64,000 bases of DNA from the human T2T-CHM13v2.0 reference genome, Homo sapiens (GCF_009914755.1 NC_060927.1); one strand, 5' to 3'; shown: positions 40,301-56,213, counted from the first letter of the stretch. A program made the numbers and translations. Notes: generated from the sequence alone by a model not told the origin.

Positions 40301-42615
40301 AGTTGTTAGCTTTAGAGCTTTGATTTCCTAAAAAAGATATCTCTTAATGAATATTGCAGTAGATTGCATTAATTTTCATGATATATCTTGTACCTCCATT
40401 GTATGTCTCTCCATGGAGTTCCCTGAATATGATGCCATTCCTTGCAAAAGGATTGTATATACCTTTGCCCCATTGTCATCAAACTTGAATAATGGCTTGC
40501 TTTGTCCAATGAATTATAAGCACTAGTGATGTGTGTAACTGATAAGAGGAAGCATTAGTGGCCAGTGTATACTTCGCCACAATATCTTTTCCCTCTGTCG
40601 TGAGAACAACACTGTTTGAAAATAGAGTTTCTTCTGAGTCCCTGAATTAAAGTGGCACTAAACAGATTGGAACACATCCATAATTAATATTTAATATGGA
40701 AGAAAATAACCCTTTATTGTTACAATTACTACTTTATGTATCATTTATTATCACATGATAACTTGACATAAGCTGACTGATACAAATATGGACACTTTTC
40801 AGTATTCTAGAGATGAAAACAGGGATACTAAGTGTTTTTCATCAGTGATATTTTGTGCAGGGCTGGGCTCCAAGCCAATGTAACAGTAATAAACCATACA
40901 GAAAACACAGTTGCCTATCAAGTTCACATATCATCCAGAGAACAAAAGCTATGCCTCCGGGTGAATTGGTAAAACCATGTAATAGGACGAGAGCTAGTAT
41001 TTTTGGATTTCATTCTATTATCAAGTGCCCAGAATCTGAGTGGTTTTATCCCTAGGGTGTGAATAGACCTCAGATGAAGAGCTCTCTGTGCTAAATGTGC
41101 TTTCTGCAGTCGAGTGACTCCATTTATACTAATGACTTCTCTGGTGTCTGCAAGGGAGAGGTTTCTCTCTTCTTATTTCTAGGGTATTTGTCCTACCATT
41201 TCAATACTACTTTTATATTTTGCAGTTAAAATAGGGGAGTAATGACAAGTATGAATACACAATAAGTGATTGAAGAGTTAGGAATAAAGTAGGTTATTAG
41301 TTAGTGACCTGCCCTACCTGAGGAGATGTGGGAGATGAGGGGACTCAAATTTTCAGTTTAATATTTTATTTTGTTATGTGTATTTTGATGCTTGGATTTG
41401 TGTATTGAATGAAAAGAAAAAATTAAAAATTGTCATTCCTTGCAGATTAGATCCTGCTATCCATAGTGACTTAGATAATGTTTAAATAAAGAAAGTAACC
41501 TATGGAGAGTTAGAGACCCATTTAAATGTCTTGTGTGTCTTAGTCAATAGAATTTTGAGATCATCAATGATGAATCTCTCTAAAAATGAATTCTGGAGCT
41601 AAAATACCCAAAAGAAAAGACTATTATCCCATAAGATTGAAAGGGCACTGGCCTAAAGATGTCCTAGCACTGATTTTAACAGCATATTAAAATTCCCCCA
41701 TATTGGGGGAATAAATTCCTCTTTATGGCCTCTACCCTTCCAGTTTGCTTAGATGAGATCAGTGGCTCTAACTTGTGGGTGGATTTTAAGAAAATCATCT
41801 ATGCAGTTTAGAAATACATATATCATATGCCTAGGTATAAAAAATGTGTAAGACTTTACCTGGAAACTAACAAAGTTTATCAATACATTGAACCAAATTT
41901 TTGTACATGCTTGAAAATGAGGTAGTATTCATCTAAACCACATTGTCTTAAAATAAGATGCTAATTGTTATGCCCAGGGAAACTGCTAATAAAATAAGTA
42001 AAAATATATAGTACAAGAAAAAGTAAGGAAATAAAATGGGATTCTAGAAAGTATCTATTTTACAGAGACAAGGATAAAAATTGAGGGATAGAGGAACAAA
42101 GGCATAAGATATATAGAGAATAAAAAGCAAAATGGCAGATATAAGTACTATCTTATAAGTAATTATATTGAATGTAAAGTGATCAAACATTCCATCAAAA
42201 TGTAGAAATTGGCAAAATGGATAAAAAACAATGATCCAAATTATGCTTCTTATAACAGACACACATTATATTCAAAGACACAAATAGGTTGATATTAAAA
42301 GCCTGAAAAAAGATATACCATGAAAACAGCAACCTAGAGAGAACTGGAATCACTATACTAATGTCAGAAAAAATCAACTTTAAGACAAAAATAGTATTAG
42401 AAGAAAAAGGGATATTTAGGATGATAAAAGGATCAAGCAAAAAGAAAGATTTGAAAATTATAAACATCTATGCACCTACAAATACAGCCCCAAATACAAG
42501 GAGCAAAACCTGAAAGAATTGAGGGGAGGAAAAGACAATTTAATAATAATAGCTGGATATTTCAATACTTCACTTCCAACAATAGGTAGAATAATTAGGA
42601 AAAATTTAACAGGGA

Positions 42616-43445
42616 TGTATATATTTTTTTGAAAAGTGTCCGTTTATGTCCTTTGCCCACTTATAACAAGTATATGAAAAAAAGCTCAGTAGCACTGATC
42701 GTTAGAGAAATGCAAATCAAAGCCACAATAAGATACGATCTCATACCAGTCAGAAGAACTATTATTAAAAAATAAAAAAATATCAGATGCTGGCAAGGTT
42801 GCAGGGAAAAGGAAATGCTTATAAACTGTTGATGGGAATGAAAATTAGAGCAACCAACATGGAAGACAGGGTGGCAATTTCTCAAAGATCAGAGTCAGAA
42901 ATACCATTTGACCTAACAATCCCATTATGGGTATATACCCCCCAAAATGTAAATAATTCTACCATAAAGACACATGAACATGTATGTTCATTGCAGCACT
43001 GTTCACAATAGCAACGACATCGAATCAACCTAAATGCCCATCAATGGGAGACTGGATAAAGAAAATGTGGTACATATACACCATGGAATACCATGCAGCC
43101 ATAAAAAAGAATGACATCATGTTCTTTTGCAGGAACATGGATGGAGCTGAAGTCTACCATCCTTAGCAAACTCACCCAGGAACAGAAAACCAAATACCGC
43201 ATATTCTCACTTATAAGTGGGAGCTAAGTGACGGACACAAAGAGGGAACAGACACTGGTGCCTACTTGAGGGTGGAGGGTGGAAGGAGGGAGATCAGAAA
43301 AAAATAAGTAACGGGTACTAGGCTGAGTACCTGGGTGATGTGATAGTCTACACAACAAAACTCCATGACACATACCTGCACATGTACCCATGAACCTAAA
43401 ATAAAGGTTAAAAAAAGTAAATATTTTGCACACAATCTAAAAAAA
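42616..43445 (+). mobile_element. 5'-truncated, 5'-inverted L1PA/PB 3' end
   Basis: Antisense piece 42616-42661, then sense ORF2 C-terminus and 3'UTR; TSD aaaat(a)tt(c)aacaggga. Confidence 0.88.
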
Positions 43446-43934
43446 TATTCAACAGGGAAATAGAAGACTTGAATAGCACTATAAATCAACTAGACCTAAC
43501 AGATATTGTATTAGTCTGTTTTCATGCTGCTCATAAAGACATACTTGAGACTGGATAACTTATACAGAAAAAGAAGTTTAATGGACTCACAGTTCCATGT
43601 GGCTGGAGAGGCCTCAAAATCATGGTGGAGAGTGAAAGGTGTGTCTTACATGGTGGCAGGCAAGAGTGAATGAGAGCTAAGGGAAAGGGGAAACGCCGTT
43701 ATAAAACCATCACATCTTTTTAGACTTATTCACTACCATGAGAACAGTATGGGAGAAACTGCCCCTATGATTCGATGATCTCCCACTGGATGGATCCCTT
43801 CCATAATATGTGGGAATTATGGGAGCTACAATTCAAGATGAGATTTGGATGGGGACAGAGTTAAACCATATTATTCCAAGCCTGGCCCCTCCCAAATCTC
43901 ATGTCTTCACATTTCAAAACCAATCAATGCTGGG

Positions 43935-43969
43935 GCATTGGTGGTATAGTGGAGAGCATAGCTGCCTTC
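43935..43969 (+). pseudogene. 5' half of tRNA-Gly(TCC), tailless retropseudogene
   Basis: gcattggtggtatagtggagagcatagctgccttc matches 33/35 to recalled tRNA-Gly-TCC nt 1-35; flanked by duplicated aaaaccaatc. Confidence 0.88.
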
Positions 43970-45062
43970 AAAACCAATCTTGCCTTCCCAACAGTCCCTC
44001 AAAGTCTTAACTCATTTCAGCAGTAATGCAAAAGTCTACAGTCCAAAGTCTCATCTGACACAAGGTAAGTCCATTCTGCCTATGAGCCTATAAAATCAGA
44101 AGCAAGATAGTTACTTCTTAGATATAATGGGGTGCAGGCATTGAGTAAATACACCCATTTTAAATGGGATAAATTGGCCAGAATGAAAGGACTAAAGGCC
44201 CCATGCAAGTCCAAAACCCAGCAGGGCAATCAAATCTTAAAGCTCTAAAATGATCTCATCTGGCTCCATGTCTTACATCCAGGTCACACTTCTGCAAGAG
44301 GTACGTCCCATGGTCTTGGGCAGCTCCACCCCTGTGGCTTTGCAGGGTACAGCCCCACTCCTGGCTGCTTTCACAGGCTGCTGTTGAGTGTCTGGCTTTT
44401 CCAGGTGCACTGTGCAATCTGTCAGTGGATCTAGCTTTCTGGGATCTGGAGGATGGTGGCCCTCTTTTCACAGCTCCACTAGGCAGTGACCAAGTGGGGA
44501 CTCTGTTTTGGGGGCTCACACCCCACATATCCCCTTCTGCACTGCCCTATCAGTGGTTCTCCTGAGGGCTCCAACCCTGCAGCACACCTCTGCCTGGACA
44601 TCCAGGTGTTTCCATACATCCGCTGAAATCTAAGTGGAGGTTCCCAAACCTCAATTCTTTACTTCTGTGCACCTGCAGGGCCAAAACCACCTGTAAGCCA
44701 CCAAGGCTTGGGGCTTGCATCATCTGAAGCTATGGCCTGAGCTCTACATTGGCCCCATTTAGCCATGGCTGTGAATGGAGGGCACCAAGTTGTAGGCTGC
44801 ACACAGCAGGGGGTCCCTGGGTCCTGCCCAGGAAACCATTTTTTCCTCTTAAACCTCTAGGTCTGTGATGGGAGGGGCTGCCACCAAGGTCTTTGACATG
44901 CTCTGGAGACATTTTCCCTATTGTCTTGGTGATCAACATTTGGCTCCTTGTTACTTATGCAAATTTCTGTAGCTGGCTTGAATTTCTCCTCAGAAAATGG
45001 GTTTTTCTTTCCTACTGCATCATCAGGCTGCAAAATTTCCAAACTTTTATGCTCTGTTTCCC

Positions 45063-45375
<313 letters not shown>

Positions 45376-46535
45376 TCTGTTTCTCTTTTAAAACTGAATG
45401 CTTTTAACAGCACCCATGTCATCTCTTGAATGCATTGCTGCTTAGAAATTTATTCTGCCAGATACCCTAAATTATCTCCCTCAAGTTCAAAGTTCCACAA
45501 ATCTCTTGAAAAGGGGCAAAATGCCACCAGTCTCTTTGATAAAACATAGCAAGAACCACCTTTACTCCAGTTCCCAACAAGTTCCTCATCTCCATCTGAG
45601 GCCATCTCAGCCTGGATTTCATTGTCCATATCATTACCAGCATTTTGGTAAAAGCCATTCAACAAGTCTCTAGGAAGTTCCAAACTTTCCCACATTTTCC
45701 TGTCTTCTTCTGAGCCCTCCAAACTGTTCCAACCTCTGCCTGTTATCTCATTCCAAAGCCACATCCACATTTTCAGGTATCTTTACAGCAGCGCCCCACT
45801 CCCGGTACCAATTTACTCTATTAGTCCATTTTCATGTTGCTGATAAAGAAATACTCAAGACTGGATGATTTATAAAGAAAAAGAGGTTTAATGGACTCAC
45901 AGTTCCATGTAGCTGGGGAGGCCTCACGGTCATGGTGGAATAGCAAGGGAAGTGTTACCTGACATCAGAAAAGAGAGAATGAGAGCCAAGGGAAAAGGGA
46001 AACCCCTTATAAACCATCAGATCTCTTGAGACTTATTCATCACTACTTACTCCCCGAGAACAGTATGAGAGAAACTGCCCCTATGTTTCAATTATCTCCC
46101 ACAAGTTCCCTCCCACAACATGTGGGATTTATGGGAGCTAACATTCCAGATGAGATTTGGGTGGTGACACAGTCAAACCATATCAGATATCTATAGAACA
46201 CTCCACCGAACAATAACAAAATACATATTCTTCTGTGTGAGAAAAGATATGGTCAGTGGCTCATTCTTTCAAGTGCACATGGAATATTCTGCAGGATAGT
46301 ACATATGCTAGGCCATGAAGGAAGCCTCAAAAAATTTAAAACAATCTGAAATAAAATAATTACATAAAGTATGTTTTCTGACCATAATGAAGTTACACTA
46401 GAAATCAGCAGCAGAAAAATTTGAGATTTGGATACAGATGACCAAATAAGGAACTCATTGCATATGTTATTCTCATGGCCAACAGACTCCTAATTTGATG
46501 TGAATATCTCTTCCTTTGAAAATTTTTCATATCTA

Positions 46536-48467
46536 TGTGTGTGTGTGTATATATATATATTTTAATGTATATAAATATATATAAATTTTTATTTATAAAA
46601 ATTAATATATCATTATATATAAATATAAATTTATATATGTATATTATATATATTTATATATTATATAAATATATACAAATTTTATATATATAAATTTTAT
46701 AATATATAATATATTATACATAAATTTTATAATATAATATATATTATATATAATATATACATATATAAATTATATATAAGATATATTATATATAATATAA
46801 ATTATATATAAATTATATATAATATAAATTATATATAAATTATATATAATATAAATTATATATAAGTATATATAATATATAAATATAAATTTATATATAT
46901 TTATGTATATTATATATAATATAAATTTATATATATTTATGTATATTATATATAATATAAATTTATATATATTTATATATTATAGAGAAATATAAATTTA
47001 TATATATTTCTATATAATATATATACATTTATATATTTCTATATAATATAAATATAAGTTTATATATAAATATAGAAATATATAAAATATATAAATATAT
47101 ATAAATTATATTTATATTTATATATAAAAATTGTATATATTTGTATACAAAAATATATATTTTATATATAAATATATACATATATAATATATAAAAATAT
47201 ATAAAATATATATTTATATTTATAAAAATTTATATTTATATTTATATTTATATATTAAAATATAAATTTATATTTACATATTATATATTTATATATAATA
47301 GATATATATATTTATTTATTATATATAATAGATATATATATCTATTATATATAATAGATATATTATATATAGATATATTTATTATATATAATAGATATTA
47401 TATATAGATATATTTATTATATATAATAGATATTATATATTGATATATTTATTATATATAATGTATCTATTATATATTGATATATTTATTATATATTTAT
47501 ATATAATATATTATATAGATATATTTATTATATATATCTATTAAATATATTTATATATAATATATCATATATTATATATAATATATCATATATATTTATA
47601 TATCTATTATATATATTTATATATATTTAATATAAATGTATATTTATATTATATATTTATGTTATATTTATATTATATAAATATATATTTATATATATTT
47701 ATATTATATATATTTATATGTAATATACATATAATTTATACATAAATTTTATATATAAAAATTATATATATAATTTATATATTAAAAATTCATATATAAA
47801 TTATATATATTAAAAATTTATATATAAATTTTATATATTAAAAATTTATATATAAATTTTATATATTAAAATTTATATATTTTATATATTAAAAATTATA
47901 TATAATTTTATATATTAAAATTATATATACAAATTTTATATGTATAAAAATTATATATATATTATATAAAATGTATATAGAAATATATATTATATAAAAT
48001 GTATATAGAAATATATATTATATATAGAAATATATATACTTATACATAAATATATATGTTTATATTAAATACATATTATATATAAATATATATAAATATA
48101 TACTTATATATATTTATCAAATATGTGTATATTTATATTATATATATTTATATAATATATACATATTTATATTATATATTTATATTATATATAAATATAT
48201 ATTATATATAATACATAAATATTTATATTATAGATATTTATATTATAATATAAATATATATAAATATGTTTTTATATATTATATATAAAATATATTATAT
48301 AAAATATAATATATGTTATATATAAAATTATATATAAATTATATATAACATGTATTTTATATATAATATATATTATATATAACATGTATTTTATATATAA
48401 TATATATTATATATAATTTATATTATATATTATATATAAATATATATGTAAATATATATATAAATTT
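46536..48467. repeat. ~1.9-kb TA-rich degenerate minisatellite
   Basis: Almost entirely A/T, with nested tandem units such as aatataaatttatatatatttatgtatattatatat. Confidence 0.97.
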
Positions 48468-49804
48468 TTGATTAGCTTTACTAATCAGCTCAGATCATAA
48501 GGTGTGCACTTAGAGAGTAGAGAATAATTTCCATTTTTGGTTTTCTAGGATTTACGTGGCCTCTCTGCCTAATGTTCAACTGTGTTTTAAATGGCCTCTC
48601 TGACTAATGCTCTATTTAATGTTGATCATTAGCTACAACAACTGGATATCAAATGTTCTCATAACAGTAAGAGGCAGACAGGAAGAGAAGTTGTTCAGGA
48701 TACCTGGTTAGAGTTAGTACAGTTATCAGCTAAATGAAAGAGAGAGAAATAAAGCCATGGAGGACTTAATCATGGTTAAAACAGTTTTAGAGTAACCATA
48801 ATAAAAATAAATTATTTTCGATTAAGGTTATAATTATTATAAAGCTAGACATATTTAGGAGTGGGGAGAAGCGTCCTTATTATTTCATTTTTTTAAAGAA
48901 AGACACTGGAATTAGTGACTTATACAACAGACTTGCTTCATCTATGTAACTGAGGACTGGATTAAACCGTTTATATCACTTCTTTTCACTCTTTTTTTTC
49001 TCATTATCATTCGTGAGAGAACACTTATAGTTTGAGGGGAAGGTTTATTCCTGAGCCTTTACTTCTGGGCTTATTCTTTGATCCTCTTAATATTACCCTG
49101 TACACTCTATGGAATTCAAATTAGAGGTAAAGGGAATTGAGTTCCTTCTGCGACCTTTTAAATAATGAAGTGTCCCTATGTTCTGTACCTTAGTCTTTTC
49201 AGTCTGAAAAAAAATCTCATCATCTCTTAGCACCCATTCATCTGCCACACTTCCCCAGAATAACTTTAGGGAAGATCTTCAGTTATTTCTCTAAACTAAA
49301 GAATGCAATTCCTTCTGGGAACATTTCTGGGTACAGTGAAGCCATCGTATTAAGTAATGCTCTCTTTCAAATTTGAGAAGTAGACATTTCTCTCTCCCCT
49401 TCTACATTCATGAGGCTATTATTATATAAAAAATTCATTTAAAAATACAAATGGAATTTTGCCCAAAAGAAAAATAGGAATTAAAGCAATTTATTCATAT
49501 ATATTTTTTCTTTCATTTACAGTACACGACAACCGATCCTCCTAATCTGCACTTCTTATTATTCCTTACATTTACCATATACTCCTTTACAGTGTTTTCA
49601 TTCCCACTTCCTAAATACTTAAAATATGATTTGAGTGACTATCATGTGGCAGCTACTTTTATTATATTGTTTCTAATCATTGCTAGAGTCCTGTCATTTG
49701 TCTACAATGGTCTTTACTCAACAGATGAAAGAATAGTGATTCAGAAATGTTAGTCACTAGGTTGAAGTGGAATAGTGAAGAGTCATAACTGGGATTAAAA
49801 CATA

Positions 49805-50980
49805 GGCTGGCAAATGCAGAAGATTGAAACTAGACCCTTTCCTTACACCATATACAATAATCAACTCAAGATGGATTAAAGACTTAAATGTAAAACCCAA
49901 AATTATTAAAATTCTGGAAGACAACCTAGGAAATACCATTCTGGACATAGGAACTGCAAATATTTTATGACAAAGACACCAAAAGCAATCACAACAAGAG
50001 CAAATATTGACAAATGGGATCTAATACATCTCAAGAGCTTCTGCACTGCAAAAGAAACTAGCAAAACAGTAAACAGACAACCTACAGAATGGGAGAAAAT
50101 ATGTGAAAACTATGCATTTTACAAAGCCCTAATAGCCAGCATTTATCAGAAACATAAGAAAAAAACAAACAACCCCATTAAAAAGTGGGCAAAGGACATG
50201 AACAGACACTTTTCAAAAGAAGACATACATGCGGCCAAGCATATGAAAAGAAACTCAATATCACTGATCACTAGAGAAATACAAATCAAAACCACTATGA
50301 GATACCATCTCACACCATCAGAATGGCTATTATTAAAAAGTTAAAAAATAAGAGATGCTGGCAAGGATGTAGAGGAAAGGAAATGCTTATACACTGTTGG
50401 TGGAAGTGTAAATTACTTCAACCATTGTGGAAAGCACTGTGGTGATTCCTGAAACAGAATTACTATTTGACTCAGCAATTTAATTACTGGGTATATACAT
50501 AAAAGAATATAAATCATTCAAATTTAAAGATATAAGCACAGGTATGTGCATCACAGCACTATTCACAATAGCAAAACCATGGAATCAACCTAAATGTCCA
50601 TCAGTGGTAGACTGGATAAAGAAAATGTGGTACATACACACCATGGAATACTTTGCAGCCATAAAAAAGAACAAGATCATGTTCTTTGCAGGAACATGGA
50701 TGGAGCTGGAGGCTATCATTGTTAGCAAACCAACCCAGGAACAGAAAACCAAATGCTGCATGTTCTCACTTATGAGAGCTGAACGCTGAGAATACATGGA
50801 CAGAAGGAGGGGAAAAACACACACTGAGGGAGAGCATCAGAAGATTAGTTATTGGATGCTGCACTTAATACCCAGGTGATGGGTTGATTTGTGCAGAAAA
50901 CTACCATGGCATATGTTTACCTATGTAACAAACCTGTACACACTGCACCCCAGAACTTAAAGTTGAAGAAAAAAAAATAC
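49805..50980 (+). mobile_element. 5'-truncated L1PA/PB 3' end
   Basis: ORF2 C-terminus ([35 protein letters not shown]), 3'UTR and A tail. Confidence 0.92.
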
Positions 50981-51572
50981 CAGTGTCTGATCATTTATTT
51001 AAAAGATCCGTGAAAAGCATGGGCAACTGCAAAAGCATGGTAAGAATTTTGAGAATCTCCTATAAAGAACTGGCAATGTAGAATAGGAAATAGCACTATA
51101 GGGTGTTCAAGAAGAATAAGCAAGACTAAGTAAGTGATTAAATAAGAGTTAAGGAAGAAGAGGGAGAGTAAGATGATACAGTGAACATTAGCTAGATGAT
51201 CATCAAGTCATTTTCTCTCTCTTTGAACAAAGTTAATTGATATTTATTTTATGTACCTTGCAGTTGGGTGAAGCCACATGAAACACTTTTGCCAGTGGAA
51301 TATAAACGTAAATGATTTGTGGGTTAGAGAGTTAAAGTACATGTCTTTTCCAAGCTCTCTGATCTCCCAGTTATTGAGGTGGATGATGTCAAAATGACTT
51401 GGTACCACATTTTGAAGATGGCAGATTCATTAAAGTATCTTGCATCCCTGAATGATTGCATGGGTACAAACCACACCCCACTGATCCACATTTGACTCAA
51501 ATGTGAATGAGAAATAAATGGAGGGGGGTGTGCATGTGTGTGTTTTGTGCACACTAACACTTTAAGATTTTG

Positions 51573-51575
<3 letters not shown>

Positions 51576-51603
<28 letters not shown>

Positions 51604-51885
51604 GGAGATGGACTCTCACTCTGTCACCCAGGCTGGAGTGCGGTGGTGCAATCTTGGCTCGCTTCAACCTCTGCCTCCCAGATTCAAGTGATTCCCTTGC
51701 CTCATCCTCCCATGTAGCTGGGATTGCAGGTGTGCACCACAATGCCTGGCAAATGTTTGTATTTTTAGTAGAGACACGGTTTCACCATGTTGTCCAGGCT
51801 GGTCTTGAACTCCTGATCTTATGTGGTCCACCCGCCTTGGCCTCCCAAAGTATTGGGATTACAGGCGTGAGACACTGCACCTGGC
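51576..51885 (-). mobile_element. Alu (AluS) inside an MLT1-type LTR
   Basis: Alu body, long poly-T, tttgag flanks. Confidence 0.93.
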
Positions 51886-54401
51886 TTTGAGTTGTATCTT
51901 TTTAACAGAAGTTAGAGATACACTGACTAACACAGCTATCATTTATATTTCTTGCTTGATATTATGAACAGATGAATAATACCTTTCACTGAACTCTGGA
52001 ATATGGTGTAAGTTTTTGGAGAGGAAGATGACTTCAGATTAATCAACTAATTTTGATATGCCTATGGTTTATGAAAAAGCGCATGCCAATTGAAGGTCTG
52101 GATATGATTCTGGAGCTCAGAAGAAAAGATAAGGCTGGACACTTAGTAATGAGAGTTATTAGCATAGATTAAAATTGAAATTGAAATTATGATAGTGAAT
52201 GATAATACCCAAGAGTTTTTATGCTATGAGAAGAGACATTGTCCAGGACCAATACCTTATGAATATAAACACTGAAGAAATAGAGAAAAAATAACTTCCA
52301 AAGGACCCTGGAAGTGGAGTTGAGGGGTGCAACAAAATGGTTGAAAGGAAACCCAGGATAAAGGAGCATCTATAATACACAGAAGGACAGAGTTGTGCAA
52401 AGAAAGTAACAGCCAATAAAGTAAATATTTGCAGAAAGGTCAGGGAGTAATCAGTTTATTATTTATTATGTGTGTTATGGCCATATGTCCTATTTGTTTA
52501 GAATAGTCACAGTTTATGCTTAATTATTAACAGTGCTCCTTTCACTCTCAAAAGTATTCTGGTTTAGGTGATAAGAAATATATTCACTTTAATCATGAGA
52601 CTCTTTGGTAAAAATAGTTTCACTAGTGATGGAATGGGTTTGCTGCAGGTTGAGAAGTTAATGGATGAGAAAGTGAGAAGGAAGAAATACATGTTACTGT
52701 GAAGAAAAAGAGAGAATTGAGAAGGTTAGTTGAAGACTTGATGGGGGGATTTTTATTTGTTATTTTTGTACTCAAAGGAAACGTGAGCATATTTTGTGCC
52801 AAGAGGAGGAAAATAACTACAGAGAGAAACAGATTTCTTGGTAATAAAGAAAGTTTCTTAGATTTAATTCTAAATAAGGCAATATGAATTAAATATCAAT
52901 TTTTTATCTCCTTTGTTAATCATTGGTTCTCCTTTTTGCCACTCAGGATCACAGATATAACAGGTTTTAGGCCTACATTATGAGTGATATTCCCTTAAAA
53001 ATGAAACCTTTTAATCAAATCATGGACTATGAAGCCAACACTACTTATTTAATACCTAGAGTATAACCAGAAGCCTATTTATTATCAAATATATTTTTAT
53101 TTCTTCTCTTTTGGGGATTGTAATCACTATTTGATATTTGGCTATATGTTAATGACCTCAGAAGTCTGTAAATATCCAAAATTTGCAATATAGAAGTAAA
53201 GAATAATTTATCCACAATATGCTACTAAATAATCAGTATTAACTGTACTACATATGAAGAAAAGGTCAGAATTAGAACTGGTAAGATAAAGTCAGAATAA
53301 CCGCAATTAGGATTCTTATCTGCTTAGAAACATGAGGAAATGCAACCTTCAGTATCATTCAATCACGCATCTCTAATTAAATATTTTGTTTAGCAAAGAA
53401 CTTTATTGCATAAAGAACCATTTTTTAATGAAAGATGTCCTTCTCTCATGGAAGAAAATGAAACTGTTTTAAAACAAATAAGATTTTTTTTTAAGTTTGA
53501 AAAGGTAATGCTGCTAGAATTGGTGACAGGCTTATGGGCAAAGCAGGCACAAGCTCAGTGGTTCATGTATAATAGCAATCCAGGAGACTTAGCTGTAAAG
53601 TTGAAGTTGAGATCTCATTATAAAAAGGAACTTACTGCTGTTGAAGATCTGTTCCACTAGAGTTAATATTCGGCCCAAGAGAAGCCATTTTTCAGAGAGA
53701 TGTCAGTGGTAATTGTGATTTTCCCAAAGTAGTAACATTCTATATAAAAGATCATCTCTCATTCTCACTATGAGACTGCCATATTAAAAAATATTTTAGT
53801 TTAAGAACTATCTGACTCATCTACTTTAACAGCCAAGCAATATTTGTATTGGACTTTCCTAACTTATTTTTTCCCCCAGGTCTCTGTAAATTTAGACTTG
53901 TTGGAAAACAGTTATGTATTTCCTCATGGAGATGAGTGAAACTTGGAGAAAGGAAGTAGGGTCTTAGCAAAACTAACATTAAATAGCATTGGATAGAAAG
54001 AAAACGTTTGTCTTAAGTGGACAGGAATATACAAGTTAACATACGAGAGAGGGTAGCAGGCTTGGTTATGCTGAGATAAGTAGACAAACAGAGTCTTTGG
54101 GAAAAACACGAAGAGCAATCAGGCCTGCCTGTATTTAGAGGAGCTAGAGGTAAGATTGGAAGATGTTGGAGTGGAGCACCATATTCACTGGGAACAGAAT
54201 GGAGCTGTACTTAATATCAGACTTTACTGTGGGTCTGTAGCAAGCTTATGAATCCTTTATTTCTAGAACTTGCACTTAAGCTACATTTGATATGTTTCTC
54301 CTGGGCACTAACTTGGTGTTCCCATTAAACTTGTTTTCTCCCAATCTTGTCCATCTTGTTGAATGAAAGAACCACCCAGATTCCAAGAAAGAAACCTGGG
54401 A

Positions 54402-54722
<321 letters not shown>

Positions 54723-54973
54723 TCATTCTTAATTTCTCTCTTCCTTGTTCTTTTATATCTAACCAATGCCCAAGTTAAGTAAATTGTTTCCTATAAGTAT
54801 TTGAAATACATGCACTTCTAACCATCTCCATTGTTATGATGCTATTCTATGTCCTATCATCTCTTAACTGGACTTCTGTAACTATCTTTTCACATTTATT
54901 CTTATCTTCTACCATATACTCTCTAAATAGCATTTGCTCTAATGTCTGGACAATAAAAATCTAATCATGTTAA

Positions 54974-55285
<312 letters not shown>

Positions 55286-55330
55286 AACTCCCTTCTTAAA
55301 GCCATTTGTTTCCCATTTTCTTTACAATGC

Positions 55331-55848
55331 TGTGATGGTTAATATTGTCAACTTGATTGAAGCATCCAAAGTACTGTCTGTGAAGGTGTTGCCAAAGGAG
55401 ATTAACATTTGAGTCAGTGGACTGGGAAAGGCAGACTCTCAGTCTGGGTGGGCACCATCCTATCAGCTGTCAGCAGGCAGAATAAGGTGAGAGAAGCTGA
55501 CTTGCTGAGTCTTCCCGCCTTCATCTTTCTCCCATGCTGGATGCTTCCTGCCCTCAAACATCAGACTCCAAATTCTTTGCCTTTCAGACTCTTGGACTTA
55601 AATCAGTGTTTTGCCAGGGGCTCCTGGGCCTTTGGCCACAGACTGAAGGCTACACTGTCGGCATCCCCACTTTTGAGGTTTTGGGAGTCAGAATGAGCCA
55701 TTACTGGCTCCCTTGCTCCTCAACTTGCAGACAGCCTGTGTAGCACTTGATGTTGTGATCGTTTGAGTCAATTCTCCTTAATAAACTCCCTTTCATATAT
55801 CCATATATCCTATTAGTTCTGTCCCTCTGGAGGACCCTGACTAATACA
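55331..55848 (+). mobile_element. MLT2 (ERVL) solo LTR
   Basis: tgtgatggttaat...gccaaaggagattaacatttgagtcagtggactggg...ccctgactaataca. Confidence 0.88.
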
Positions 55849-55912
55849 AATGCTTTCTAACATCTGTACTACATGGCCTTCTTCTTTCTGTATTGTGTCT
55901 GTCTCTGGAACA

Positions 55913-56213
<301 letters not shown>

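Noticed and set aside
53400-53700. Unique-looking sequence with an 84-aa ORF as a possible exon
   Set aside because: No convincing splice sites or protein similarity; cannot be supported from sequence alone.
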